Below are positions 35,501 to 48,602 of a DNA stretch of 64,000 nt, piece by piece. The stretch is taken from NCBI GenBank assembly GCA_965603825.1, contig CBFDEM010000043.1, forward strand, positions 62,001-126,000, written 5' to 3'. The DNA comes from Blepharisma stoltei ATCC 30299. Its lineage: Eukaryota; Protista; Ciliophora. The notes beneath the pieces are model-generated. The model saw only the letters and a list, made by a program, of their open reading frames with translations, made no database searches and was not told where the DNA came from. Both the position numbers and the translations under genes were made by a program. How positions within the stretch are numbered: the stretch's first letter is position 1; the number at the start of each line of letters is the position of its first letter.

Positions 35501-38500
35501 CAGGAATATACCAGCTATTTTAATTCAAAAAACGAGATAATTAAAAAAGATTTTATTTCGATTAATGATGAAGCCACAATTGAAATCACACATATTGGAG
35601 GACTTGTGGGGCTTATTCATAAGAGCCAAATACATTTAACAGAAGAAAGGTCTCAAGATTTATTAAAACCAAGCAGAATCAGTATGAATTATTTTTGCAC
35701 AAAAATGAAAGATAGAGAAACCCAGATTAAAATTTTGGTAAATTTAGAAAGTTTATGGCTTGATATTGGGTTTAGAGATCTGCAGTTTTTCAAAGCTTTA
35801 GCTGAAAATTGGAAAAATTTTAAGCCTGCTGAAGCGGTGGAGGATGAAGAAATTCTGTTAGAAGAAATCCATACAGTTGAGACTAATATGGATATATTTA
35901 TAGAATGCGATTCTTTTCAAATCAGAATGCTTGATGACACTGGATTAAAAGCTTACTCTTTGCTGCATTTACATTTAAGCAATTTTTCTTCAAAAATTAA
36001 CCTGAAAGGACCATATCTTGATGTAAACTTGTCAGCGTTTATTTTTGCTGATTATTATAATTTAGAAATTGCTGTATGGGAGCCACTATTAGAAGAATGG
36101 GACTTTGAGCTAAATGGGAAAAGAGAAACTGCTGATTCTGTGATGCTAATTGAATTTGTATCGTCAAGAATCTTTAATATCAATTTGACCCTCCATAATT
36201 TAGAAATGCTTGGGACTTTAATTACAAAATTAAGCCAAGATAGCTCGTTTTGGAATGAAGAAGCTATAAGACAGTCACTTACTGATAATTCTCAAGAAGC
36301 GTCCTATGGGAATTTCATGTACGTCCTTCACAATAATTTAGGAGAGACAGCAAATATTTGGCTTGATGTCCCTGAAACTACTGAAAAATGGCTAATAAAT
36401 CCTAACCAGTCTATAGGCTTTGGCCAAAAACTAATAGATAAGCTATTTATGGGCTCCCAAAGCATAAAACATGGGATTATGGAAGATTTCCAGCCGCCAG
36501 CTTCTATTTCTCTAGAAATCGAAGGATATCAGCCTGCATCAGGAATTATAATAGAACGTGTTGGAATAAGAGGTTTTTCATTAAAAGGCAGAGATTCAGA
36601 ACTTTCGTGCCTAATCTCAGTAAAAGCTGTAGATAATGAAAAACATATCTATATTCAATCAGCTACAGAATTTGTGAACTATACCTCAGAAATCGTAAAT
36701 TTGGAATACTCGGGAGAAATATTGGCTGTTCAGGGAAATTCTTCATTACCTTTACCGTTAAAATGGTCAAAGGAGATCGGCGGATATCCGCTAATCAGCA
36801 CACAAAGTGAGCAGAAACCAGTGATAGAAGAAGGCTGCATTCAGCTTAATGAATCTTCATGGGCAATTCTTGAAATCGACCATTATAAAACAGAAACAGA
36901 TATAGACCAAAGGCTTATACAGCTAAAACCACCTTACGTTTTTTCCAATTTTCTACCGTGCCCTATAAATGTATTTTTCAATCACATCGATTTTCCTGCA
37001 GGCACAGTAAACCCTGGAGAATATTTTTCAACCTTAAATATCGACCCAAGACGAGAAGATAATATTCAAAAAATCCAGTTAAATATAGACCACAAGTTTA
37101 CTTTAGAAACTGAATGGTCAAGCCTCTGTGATTTCCAATACACTCAAGCCCTTCTTCAAGGTAATTTTTCAGGAAATTCTATCACATTGGACCAAAGTCA
37201 CAATACCGAGAAAAAATCCCAAATAATAAATCTCTCTGAAAGAAAAATAGTAAAAAATGAAATAAAAAGAGTCAATGAAAGCAAGCTGATTGATATTTAT
37301 AGCGAATACTGCATCGTAAATCAAAGTAATTATTACCTTGACTGTGGTATAGGCGAAATGAGAATAAATCCTCACTCAATAGGATTTTTTGACGATAAAA
37401 CGTATTTAAAGATAAAAGCAGCCGAAGATGAGCTAGGACCAACAAGTTCATGGTCAAAAGATTTTAATATTGATGCAGTCGGGGTGTCTGGGTTAATTAC
37501 CTTAGACAATTCTCAAGCGAGACAGCTAGACCCTAAAGCTCCAGAAGTAATATTGCTAGGCGTCCGTGTAATTGACGCTCCTCCACCTTTAATCAAAAGC
37601 AGAATTGTCTATATCACTCCACGATTTATGATAAATAACTACCTAGGCTACGAAATCTATATAAGACAAGTATCAGATTCTTCAGAAAACATAAAAACAC
37701 TAGAAAGCTCAGCCTCTTTGCAATACCAGCTTGACTCTGCTAATGATTCCAAATTAATCCAGATTTCCCGCAATGGTGTCCACTGGTCATCTCCATTTAA
37801 TATCCAACAAATTGAAGATTTTCATATAAAAATCCAAGCTAAGGAAGAAGAAAAATCTGAAATTCAGCAGGACTGGTTTCGACCGTCAGCTCAGAACAAT
37901 TTTATGCATTTTATAAGGGTAATTGTAAGCACTGAAGATGAGTCTTGTATTCATATATCATTAGTCACACCTTTAGAGCCTGAATTTAGGATATGTAATT
38001 ATACAGAACAAGAAATTACGGCGTATCAAATTGGGTATAGCCATTTAGTTATTCCACCAGGAGAATGTGCCCCATGGGCTTTTGATAACTTATGTAATGA
38101 AAATGTAATACAGGTCGCCTTAGGGACTGCTATTAAAGGATATTCTTTAGAAAATATAGAAAAACTTGGAGATCTTGGCCAGTTCTCAGCAGAAGTATTT
38201 ATTAATGGAGTTACGAGGGAGTTGCATATTTCTCCACCAGAGCCAAAGCTAAGGCGGCAACAGACAATTTCAAAGAAAAAAATGCAGGGTTTTAAGTTTA
38301 TTATATCTTTAGCTGGAGCCGGAATATCAGTTATTGATAACAACCCATCAGAAATGTACTATTTAAGTCTGCAATACCTCAGGCTTAAATTTGTATCCAA
38401 ACAGAAATTCGTAGAAGACGGAATTGAAAACCTATTAAAATTCGATTTAAGCTTAAAATCTTTACAATTAGACAACATGCAAGCAATTGATGATATGTAT

Positions 38501-40084
38501 CCTGTCATTTTCAGTCCAAAAAAACTCCCAGCAGACGATGACCCTCCTTTCATTCAAGCAAAAATCCATAAAAGCCGCATAACTAGAACGGAAAATGAGC
38601 AAGAAATTTCTTCAATAGAAAAATATTCATGGCTTGAAATTTTGGTACAAGAAATGCAATTTCAGCTGAATTATGAAATTTTAGTAACATTAGCTTCCCA
38701 TCTAAAAGTTTTGCAAGATAAATTAGGAGTAAAGCCAGATTATAAGAAAAAAGACCATCAGTTGACAATACTAGAACTATGCCCACTTTTAGACGCTTCA
38801 GATCCAAAATTAAAAGCCAACCCATCACAGGTTTCGAAAAAAAATTATTTCCAATTTATTCGGCTTTGCGCGATGAAAATTTATGTTTCTTTTAAAATTT
38901 CAGCAAAACATATTGAGCTTGATCCAGGCTTGGCGTTTGGGATTTTTAGAGCGATAGCTTCAATTAGCTTATGGCTTGTTAATACAACAGACACTCCTCT
39001 ATATTTTAAAGAGCTTTTAGTCGAAAATTCATTCCAAACCATTTCAGACCTCTCCAAACTCGTCATTTCTAACTATATCCGCCAAGGAATCTTTCAATTT
39101 TACAATCTTATCGGCTCCATTGACATTCTCGGCAACCCTATCGGTCTTATCGACAAGCTTGGAACTGGTGTATTTGAGTTCCTTAACGAGCCTGCCAAAG
39201 GTGCCTTAAAAGGTCCCAAAGCTTTTGCCCACGGCATCGAAAAAGGAATCCGCTCACTTGTAGGAAATGTCATATCAGGAGGTTTTGGAAGTGTCTCAAA
39301 AGTGACTGGAAAATTATACGGAATTGTCAGAGAAGTAGGAGGGGATAATAAAGCAGCTGAAAGGATTAATGACAGTGATAATGCAATACTTGACATTTAT
39401 GGAGGAGTTAAAGGCGGAGTTAAAGACCTCGCTGAAGGAATTACTGGGATTTTTACGAAGCCCATTTCTGGTGCTAAGGAAGCAGGAGCTTCTGGGTTTC
39501 TCAAAGGGATTGGGTCAGGGATTATTGGTGCATTTTCAGCACCAGTCTCTGCAGCTTTGAGGCTAGGCGTCGGGATTGCTTCAGGAATGACGAGCGCAGG
39601 GACATTAATTGCCCAAGGAAAAGTAAATCCTCGTGGTAGAGCTCGTTTTCCAAGATATTTTAACATGAGAAAAGTCCTTGAGCCTTATAATAATGAAACA
39701 GCCCAAGCACAAGACTTAATCAAAAATATTCCAGAGTTCAGCAAAGAACAAATTGTATTTTATTTGCATTTAGCTGAAAAAGAAGATATTATTGTAATAT
39801 TGACGCTGGACCATTTATTAGTGCTTATAAATGCAGAATTAGCGAAATTCGTAAGTATTGGAGATATAAGTTCGTTGGAAATCCATAGAACAGGAGCAAA
39901 ATTCACATTGTGTGCTGGGAACCCAGAAAATCAAATAGTTCTGAACTCAAGCTCGTTTAGCTCGTTGGCAAAGCTATATTCAGCTATATCAAGCTTGCCT
40001 TCATTTAAAGCTTCTGAGCCAAATATCAAAAAGATTGCATTCAAAAAGGGTTATAGGTCTAGCTTTTTAAGGAATCATAATTAA
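32591..40084 (+). CDS. VPS13: VPS13-family bridge-like lipid transfer protein (~2497 aa)
   Basis: Chorein_N start (AIANVLNKVLGD..GYIGKLHATIPW), WEPLLEEW, GSIDILGNPIGL and the ATG_C-like Gly-rich region; TGA at 32876 and 33563. Confidence 0.93.
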
Positions 40085-40182
40085 TTTAAGGTTAGTAAAT
40101 TATGAAAAAATATTCCATGCCTTTGCCATTATATAAAATAAATTAAATAGCTAACTTTTAACCTAAGAAATTAGTCTATAAC

Positions 40183-41406
40183 CTATTTCAGCTTCAAATG
40201 AGACTTGAATAGCCGAATTACATCATCAAAATAGCTCATATTGCAGGACATTAAAAATCCGCCATGGTCTTGCTCATAGTCATCTTTATAAAACACTAGC
40301 ATATCTTGATTTAAACTTTCTTTTAATAAGATTGAATCCTTCTGTGGGACAACCAAATCATACTTCCCATTCATCACTGCTAAAGGTGTCTGGCATTTTT
40401 TAAAATCTACTGTTGGAGGAGTTTCTTTTCCATATTTCTTTAGATTTCCTTCTTTTCCATAATCATAAAGATAAGGCTTCGTTGAGCTATTCACCTGATA
40501 CTGCCTCATAAATTTCAAATTCTTTATGCTTGTCCCACCTCTAATTCTGTGTACATAAACTGGTAGATGAAGCTCTTTATTTCCTCCATGAAGGCTCATA
40601 TCAAAAACATCGCTACCAATCCAGGACGAAATTGTAGGAAAAGTCGCTATAAATTTGGCAAAAGATAGATCATCTGTCCAATCTGACCAAATTTTCATCC
40701 CAAGTAAGTCAAAAATGTTATGAACAAGAGACGATGCTAGGAGATTTATATATAAACTTTCTGGCTTAGAAATTCCTCCTGGTGTGGCTGATAATATTGC
40801 GATCGCTACATCATTTTTCATTTCAGGGTATAGTGAAAGCATCCATAAGACAGCTCCAGATCCTTGGCTGTGAGAAAAAATACCAATTTTTTCATAGCCT
40901 GTTTTTTCTTTTACAAATTTAACGAGGGGTGGAAGATCGTATTCTATGACTTCAGCGACGCTCCAGTCCCAATATTCATGAGAATTAGGGTCAAGCTTAG
41001 TGTGTTCTCTACTTAAATGGCTTCCTCTATTATTTCCTAGCCAAACGTCATAATTCTCATCTGCAAGCCTAAAAGCAGGAGGCGTTGTGCATTGATTTAA
41101 AATAAAACAATGCGCAGAATTGCTCAGCCCATGAACCAGCAAGACTGGAGGGCCTGGGTTTTTATTTTTTCCAGGAATCCTATATAATGACAAAATATAC
41201 CCATCATCTGTAGTGACAGAATATTCCTCATATGGGTATCCATCTTGTTCACAATGCTGCTTAAATGTGTAAGTAACGTATGGAGACAGCTCTGCTTGAT
41301 CTATTTTGACAGAAATCAAGTAAGCGATGCTGAAAGGAATAATAATTCATTTCAAAAATTTTAAGAAAGGGCGTCGAGGATTTTCTTCGACTTCAGAATT
41401 TTCCAT
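40183..41406 (-). CDS. Acid/lysosomal lipase-like alpha/beta hydrolase with N-terminal signal anchor
   Basis: ATG 41406, TGA at 41347; VTTDDGYILSLYRIP, LLVHGL, DVWLGNNRG, SHSQG nucleophile, GKYDLVV and DHGGF. Confidence 0.9.
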
Positions 41407-41832
41407 ATTAAAATAATTGGCTAAATTCTAGAATGGGTCATTTTATTATGAAATTTTAGATAAAAAATGCTTCTGTGATTACCATAAATAAATAATAAAT
41501 ATTAGAAAGTTTAAGTGTGAGGATAAAAGAAGCAAATATTAAATTTTTTATATAGAAAAGTAATAGTAAACGTTATAATTTTAGAGTATCTCAATTAATG
41601 TTAAATAAAAATAATATTTATTGATGGTAATAGTCACTATTTAGAATGCTAAAATTAATTAAAGAACTCGATGCTACTAAATAATGAAATTTTAGCTAGT
41701 CTTATAATGATTATCTCTTAATCATAATTTCTAACAAAATATGAAAAGAATGAAATAAATTCCTATAGCAAAAAATTATTATCAAATAATTTCACATCTA
41801 ATTCAATAGCATTTCCAAAAATCATACAATAA

Positions 41833-42750
41833 ATGGCACTGCATGATTTGCTATTTGTAATTGGCATAAACTTCGGTGTTCACCGTTTTATTATTCAAAA
41901 CCCCACAATTTCACACAAAAAATTCACAGTCCTCGCAATCGCTTTTCTTTATGCTGCTTTTCTATTAGGCATCTATCTTAGTGACAAATCTCCAAATGCA
42001 TATCAAGAAACAGGAATTTCACGATTAATGTCAACTGAAGAAATAAATAAAATCTACAAATACGAAGTTCGCCAAAAGCACCCTGATAAAAACCCCAGCC
42101 CATATGCCCAACAAGAATTCATAAAAATGCAGAAAAACTTCGAAATTATCAAAAATTCTGACTCAAGGTACAAATATGAGCTCTATAAAACTACTGACGA
42201 TAAAGAAATCCAGCACGCAGTGGTCCAAGCAATTCCTTTTTATTTATCAAATTTTCTGCTTGCTAATGGTATTACTTATTCCAAACAAAATGGCTATGCA
42301 GGAAGAAATGCGTTGATAATGATAGCTTTTATTGCAATTTATGAATATTTCACCAAAATAAAGCAGAAATTTTTGATTTTTATGCCGTTTTTGCCTTTGA
42401 CAATTTGTGAACAAATTGAAGCACTCCAAGCCATTTTCCCGTCTTTAATCCTAGGCATGATGTTAGCAAATAGTGTGGATTTTGTGGCTGAGCTAGAAAA
42501 AACAAGGGCAAAATTCATGGCACTGGCAAGAGATGAAAAATTTAAAGAATCTGTGATCAAGCTTGTCCAAGATATACAGACTGGCCAAATAAGCCAAGAA
42601 ATGAAAAATTTTATTAAAGAAGCCGCTGACATGCAGAGCGCAAATGAAAATTCCCAAAAAAATACAGGACGAAGCTTGGCGGTCCGAATGCTTATATTTA
42701 TGGTGATTTCTGGCTTTATTAGGTCTATTTTCCAAGAAACAAATGTATAA
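41833..42750 (+). CDS. Membrane-bound DnaJ/J-domain protein
   Basis: J-domain with HPDKN flanked by hydrophobic TM segments. Confidence 0.85.
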   Translation: MALHDLLFVIGINFGVHRFIIQNPTISHKKFTVLAIAFLYAAFLLGIYLSDKSPNAYQETGISRLMSTEEINKIYKYEVRQKHPDKNPSPYAQQEFIKMQKNFEIIKNSDSRYKYELYKTTDDKEIQHAVVQAIPFYLSNFLLANGITYSKQNGYAGRNALIMIAFIAIYEYFTKIKQKFLIFMPFLPLTICEQIEALQAIFPSLILGMMLANSVDFVAELEKTRAKFMALARDEKFKESVIKLVQDIQTGQISQEMKNFIKEAADMQSANENSQKNTGRSLAVRMLIFMVISGFIRSIFQETNV

Positions 42751-42766
42751 GCTAATTTAATTAAGC

Positions 42767-44233
42767 CTATTGCTGCATTTCTTTAAGATCAGAGGACACT
42801 GTAAAAGCGCATCCTGTGATGTCTTTTATATGGCTTAATGTCGACCCTTTTGCGATTTCTATCAATGTGATTTCGTCTTCTCTATTAAAATCGAACACCC
42901 CGTGCTCAGTGACAAGTAGATCTACACATTTTTTGGCTGTGATAGGGAGGGTGCATTCTTTTACGATCCTTGGGATACCTTCGTGGGCATGCAGCATTGT
43001 GACGATGACTTTGGACTGTTCGTGGATGACGGCGTCCATGGCAGATCCCATACCTTTTATGATTTTTCCTGGGATTATCCAGTTAGCGAGATCTCCATGT
43101 TTTGATACTTGGAAACCTGGGACGACGACTGCATCCATGTGGCCTCCTCTTAGCATATTTAGAGAAACACAGCTAGAAAAGGTGGAGCCGCCAGGCAAAA
43201 TTGTGATTGGTTCTCTATTGGAATTTACTAAATCAGGGTTTCGGTTTCCATTTCGAGGAGATGGACCTACTCCTAAGGCTCCAGATACTGAATGGATCCT
43301 AATCTTCAAATCTGGAGGCAAAAAGTCAGGGATTAGGCTTGGAATTCCTAAGCCTAAAGTGACATACATTCCATCAGTTAATTCTTTGATGACTCTTTTA
43401 GCAATTCTGGCTCTTAAATCATAATTGTCAACTTGAGTTTTATCTTCACTTGAAGGGTGGTAAACATATTCAAAAGGCTTTATGTATTTTTCGCCTTTAA
43501 TTAATCTGTGAACAAAAATGCCTGGGGTATGAATTTGGTCAGGGTCCAGCTCGCCTTCTTCAACGATTTCTTCAACTTCGGCAATGGTCACTTTGGAGCA
43601 CATAGCGACTTCTGGATTGAAATTCATTGCTGTGTTTTTGTATATTAAATTTCCTCTTGTGTCTGCTTTCCATGCCTTAACCAAGCTAAAATCTGTCCTA
43701 ATTGACTCTTCAAAAAGGTGTTCTTGGCCATCAAATAGCCGCCTTTCTTTTCCATCAGAAATAATCTGGATTCCTTTACCTCCCGGCTTGTATTTCAATG
43801 GAAAACCGCCTTCTTCAATTACAGTGCCTACCCCAGTTCTGGTCCAGAACCCAGGAATTCCTGAGCCTCCAGCTCTAATACGTTCAATTAATGTACCTTC
43901 AGGGACTAATTTTAGCTCAATGACTCCTTGATAATATTGATCCTCTATAAGAGTGCTTGAGCCTAGATAAGACGTGATGACTCGCTTTAATTGGTTTGAC
44001 TCTAACAATAAATCAATCCCATAGCCTGGAGCCCCACAGCCCATAGAATATACAGTGAAATCATAGTTTCCGTAGTCTCTGAGAGCTTGGATAAGGTTTT
44101 CAGGAACTCCACAACAGCCATACCCACCAATAGCAATTGAAGTGCCTGTGTTTATGTCTTGGATAGCTTCGATGGGGTTGGAGTAGATTTTTGTCATGAG
44201 GAAACGACGGCTAAGATTGCTGAGCCGCAGCAT
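42767..44233 (-). CDS. Succinyl-CoA:3-oxoacid CoA-transferase (SCOT/OXCT)-like, catalytic Glu absent
   Basis: Mitochondrial presequence-like start; GGYG.CGVPENLI, GTLIERIRAGGSGIPGF, VKAWKAD, IHTPGIFV, GDLANW.IPG and CTLP motifs. The SENG motif reads SVSG. Confidence 0.9.
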   Translation of the reverse strand: MLRLSNLSRRFLMTKIYSNPIEAIQDINTGTSIAIGGYGCCGVPENLIQALRDYGNYDFTVYSMGCGAPGYGIDLLLESNQLKRVITSYLGSSTLIEDQYYQGVIELKLVPEGTLIERIRAGGSGIPGFWTRTGVGTVIEEGGFPLKYKPGGKGIQIISDGKERRLFDGQEHLFEESIRTDFSLVKAWKADTRGNLIYKNTAMNFNPEVAMCSKVTIAEVEEIVEEGELDPDQIHTPGIFVHRLIKGEKYIKPFEYVYHPSSEDKTQVDNYDLRARIAKRVIKELTDGMYVTLGLGIPSLIPDFLPPDLKIRIHSVSGALGVGPSPRNGNRNPDLVNSNREPITILPGGSTFSSCVSLNMLRGGHMDAVVVPGFQVSKHGDLANWIIPGKIIKGMGSAMDAVIHEQSKVIVTMLHAHEGIPRIVKECTLPITAKKCVDLLVTEHGVFDFNREDEITLIEIAKGSTLSHIKDITGCAFTVSSDLKEMQQ

Positions 44234-44436
44234 TTTGAATTATTAAAAAATTAACTAATTACTGAAATAGTTTTTTAGTATTAAAATATTATTTTGTTTA
44301 AATGAATTTTCATATTCTAAGAAGTATTAATTAAAAAGAAAAGGGCAGAATCTTTTATCGTTTAAAGAAATCTGATATTGCCGAATAGAACAGATATTAT
44401 CACAAGATGTCTTTACAGCCAAGATAAATAATATTA

Positions 44437-45795
44437 ATGGCGGAAAAGCCGAAATTCAAGCAAACTTTTACTACGCAGTCTCAAGCAAAGCCAAATTATG
44501 GGTTACCTGTGCAGAATATATCATTTCAGAAAAAATCATCTGAAAATATAGAGAAATCAAAATGGGCAGAAGATTCTGATGCTCATATAAAACAAATAAA
44601 TATCGAATCAAATGACAAAATATACACGAAACCAATCCGTGAATCCAAAAATGAAAATTTGCCTTCAAAAATCCCAGAAACAAGTACTCTCACAGACAAA
44701 AATTCTTTATCTTCTCAATCATCATCAAATCTTTCTGACCAACCTAGAAATTCTGATAAACTTTTCTCTTCAATCAGCACAGACTGCCAAACTTCATCAA
44801 ATTCATTTCTTAGCCAATCTGACCCTAAGCCTACTACTCTCGGAAAACTAAAATCCACATACCATAAATTTTTAAAAAAAACATCACAAAAAATCTCATC
44901 AAAAAATAATTTTTTAATCAGATCTGCAACAAAAATAAAATCCAAGCTTCAAAAAATAGCTAATGAAATACACCCATGGAGCACAGTAGAAGAAATCGAC
45001 GTTTTATGTATCAATTGCTACGAATGTGTCCCATTAAGCCAAGTCAATTCTCATTCAAAAAGTTGCACAAAAGCCAAAGAAGAGTCAAAATTAGAGGTCG
45101 TCAATATCAATGAAAAAATAAAAAAACTTCTTGAGGCAATAAATAATAAAATCTCAGTCCTTGCTGGGGTAAAATTGATTTTCTTTTCCAAGCTCCAAGA
45201 ATTAGCAATTTCTGCTATAAATTGTAGTGATTATCCTAATACTATAATAAACAACATCAAAAATTTGATGATGGCATATCCAGATATTGACGAAACAAGA
45301 GCTTGTGAAATTCTTGCCTATAGACTCTCAAATTTGGTTGAGCAAAAAACTCCATTTTTCCCTGAAAGAATGAGTTTATATAATGAAAATGCAGAACTAA
45401 AATATGAAATTGAAGCAGAATCACAGAAAAAAGAGCTGGAAAAATGAAAACTCCGGACAAATTTGTTGCTCAATATTGGTGGAAACCCATTGCGAGAAAG
45501 TATTGAAGAAATTCATAGTGAAATTGACCCAGACGAGGATTTATTTTCTTCAAGTCTATCTACTATTGATGCACAACCCGACTCAGACAGTGAAGATTAT
45601 GACGATGGGGATGAGGAGCTTGATGAAGATCAAATAGAAAAATATTTTTATGCAATTTGTTTAAAAAAGAAATTAAAATCACCACAATCTCGGCCGTCTA
45701 AAGATATATCAATAGCAGATCTTTATAAAAAGTGCCAAAAAGAAAATATAGAGTTTTCTCAATGGGAAGACTTTATTGACCAAAATTTAGTTTAA
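44437..45795 (+). CDS. Hypothetical protein with a Cys/His Zn-binding motif and acidic region
   Basis: Two track ORFs joined in frame by TGA at 45445; CINCYEC..HSKSC motif. Confidence 0.7.
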
Positions 45796-45819
45796 TCAGA
45801 ATTTAAAGAATTTGAGTAG

Positions 45820-48423
45820 TTAATTACTTTGTATTTTTACTCCATTAAGAATTCTATTGAAAACTTCTTGCTCGTTTTGGCTATAAAGGCTAAGAAAATT
45901 GATCCCTCTGCCAGCCAGTCTTTCTATCATAAACTTGAACATTTCTAATAAGTTTATTTTAAGATATGGATCGTTGGCTATAGAATTGTCTATTCTTTTG
46001 CTTTGGATAAATTGGCTGCTTCTAGGCTTTTTATTTCGAGAATTTTGGATAAGCGGCTGTTCAGAATAAAAATAATTTTCTATATAAGGAATAGTATAAC
46101 TGTATATAAATGATGAATATTTTTGTATTGTATTTATAGGAATAAATGGTAAAACAGTTAATAATGCTGCACAATTTATAATTTTGTGAACTGGATTTGA
46201 AATTAATGACATTTTTTCTATCCAAAAATCATAGTCTAGATGTTGGGTAAAGTTTAATGAAGAAATACAGCATTTATTTATAAGCAGCAAAGCTTTTTCA
46301 ATGCATAAAGCTGAAAAAGTATCAGAATTTTCTATATGAAGATACGAAATATATGAGGAAAGTCCATTTTCTATATAAGAAATATGGATCAGGGCTATTT
46401 TTTCCAAAAAATCAAAAGCAAGCAAATCTTCTTCTAAGTTTCCTGTTAAGCTGCACAAAGGAAGGCACCAGTTTTTAATGAGCTCATCTGTCTCTTTTTC
46501 CATATTTCCTGCCTGCCAATAAAGAAACATATGTTCCTGAGCAATTTTCTGTGAATATTCTTTATCCTCCTCATTATGAAAATTCCCTAAATATTTCATT
46601 AATTCTTTAATATATTGAATATTCTCCTGTTTTCCTTCCATATTTGCTATTAAAAAATGCCATAAAGCTAGCGCAGAAGAATTATCTGGTTTTGATAGCC
46701 TAATATTTAAAAATTGAGAAACAATTTCAACTATGATTTTTTGATCAGGATATGCATAAATTAAGCCTTCAAACATATCAGATAGCGCCAGCACAATCAT
46801 TTCATTTTCCTCATAAATAAGCTCAGCTAACCCACTTACTTGAAAAGCAGAAATCAGCTCAGGCGATTTTTGGCCTGTCGATTTATCAACTAAAGCTGTA
46901 ACAAAAGATATCATATGCCATATTATTTGTGGGATTGTGATAGTTTTAATGATATTAAACACATCTGCACAGCTTTGCTGAAGAATTGTTAAAGAAAGGT
47001 CACTTGAAATATTCTTGTAAAGCATTTCTTTTAGTGTTAAACAGTATTCATATACTATGATTAAGTCATTTTCGCAGCTTTTCCTGATATTTGAGACTAA
47101 TAAGTATAAGTTGTTATAGTCCATGATATATTTAATTCATTTACGAGAAAGCCATAAAATATCTCTCAGGATAATTAATTTATCAAACCCGTTTATCGCA
47201 ATTGCACTGAAAATTCCTATAATGTTTTCAAAGGTTATTGGGGAATTGTATCCTAAATTCATCATTTTTGGGATTAAGCCAAGTAGTGTGCAGACTGCGT
47301 GATTTTTTGGGAAAGGCAAAAATATTAAATTTCTGACTAATTCTAAGGCTTTTCCTAATATTTCTGGATAAGTTTCAAGTAAAGTACTTAAAACTTTGAT
47401 TAAGTATTCTTCGTCGTTTTCGTCAGAATTTTCTAAAAATGCTATTGGGTCGTTTCCTATCCAAAATTCCCATTTTTCTTTTCAGGCTGACTGGTCTAGA
47501 ATAGAATTCAATAAAAACTCTGATTTTTCCTTCAGAATTTCTTTGGATAAAGAATTATTTTCAATTAAATATCTAATCGACGAGCAAGCTTTTTTCAGTA
47601 AATCAGTTTGCTGTGTGTTTGTTGGGTTTAAATTTGCTATTAAAAAGCAGCAAAGATCAAGATAAGGAATCAATAAATCAGAACTAAAAATTTCAGGATT
47701 ATTCCCACAGACAAGCAAAAGACCTTTTAATAGAACTTTTACAGGGATTTCTCCATTTGGCTCATATAAAAGAATTTTTGATTTTTGGAGCATTGAAATT
47801 ATAAGCTCAGTATTTGGGGTAAGGATCATTATTTTCAGTAAAACTTTGTCAAGTAAAATTGAGCTTTGTGTCTGCCAATGTATTTTTAAATTATTAAATA
47901 AAGTGCTATATAACGCTTTTAGCTGATTTTTAGCGGATGTATGTGTTTTGTCTTGTAATTTCAATATTAAATTGATAAGCTTTAAAAAATCTTCATCAGA
48001 CGATCTTGATTTTTCAATTAAAATTTCATTTAACGCCTTTCAGCCTTGTAAAAACACAAATTTATTGATATGTGCTATACATATTCGAAGGAATTCCCTC
48101 AATTTTGGATCAGGCTCAATATTATTGAAATATTTATTTAGCAAAAAAATTTTTATTTGTTCTTTTTCTTCATCTGTGATTGGGCTAGGTTTTGAAGGTC
48201 TGGGGAGGGTATTTCACTGTTTTATTAATAAATTTTTGGCAATCAAAAGAGCAGAGAGCTTGATTTTACTATCAGAGGAATTTTCGTAGATTGAAAATAA
48301 TTGAGATAAAAATCCAGGAGATTCTGCTAAACTTGTAATGTAATTTTCTGCTTGGATTCTTTTAGGATTATCGGAGCTGAGAGCAAATATTAATATCTGC
48401 TCATCCATATTATGGTAAATCAT
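45820..48423 (-). CDS. Importin-beta family karyopherin, importin-11-like
   Basis: IBN_N-like RIQAENYI..PGFLSQL..AKNLLIKQ-W; TGA at 48214, 48040, 47482 and 47137; WIGNDPIAF and ILWLSRKW motifs. The start could alternatively be the ATG at 48408. Confidence 0.75.
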
Positions 48424-48602
48424 AACTAAATAGAAAATAGCTAAATAAATAAAAGAAATGGCATTTTATTAATAGAAAATCGGCTATTTCAAAAAATATT
48501 TATTTAATTCTTCTTATTGAATCTAATTTTTTGTTTAAATTTATAATTTACTATATTTAATTGCTCGCAGACTGAATATATCACATAGCTTCCAATCATC
48601 AT

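Noticed and set aside
32591-40084. The window being a germline (MIC or MAC+IES) assembly
   Set aside because: VPS13 and nearly all other long CDSs are uninterrupted; only one intragenic IES-like insert was found.
29422-44233. Operon-like metabolic cluster or bacterial horizontal transfer (PhoD, GDH, lipase, SCOT)
   Set aside because: The genes use host codon features (TGA=Trp in three of the four), have eukaryotic targeting signals, mixed orientation and unrelated neighbours.
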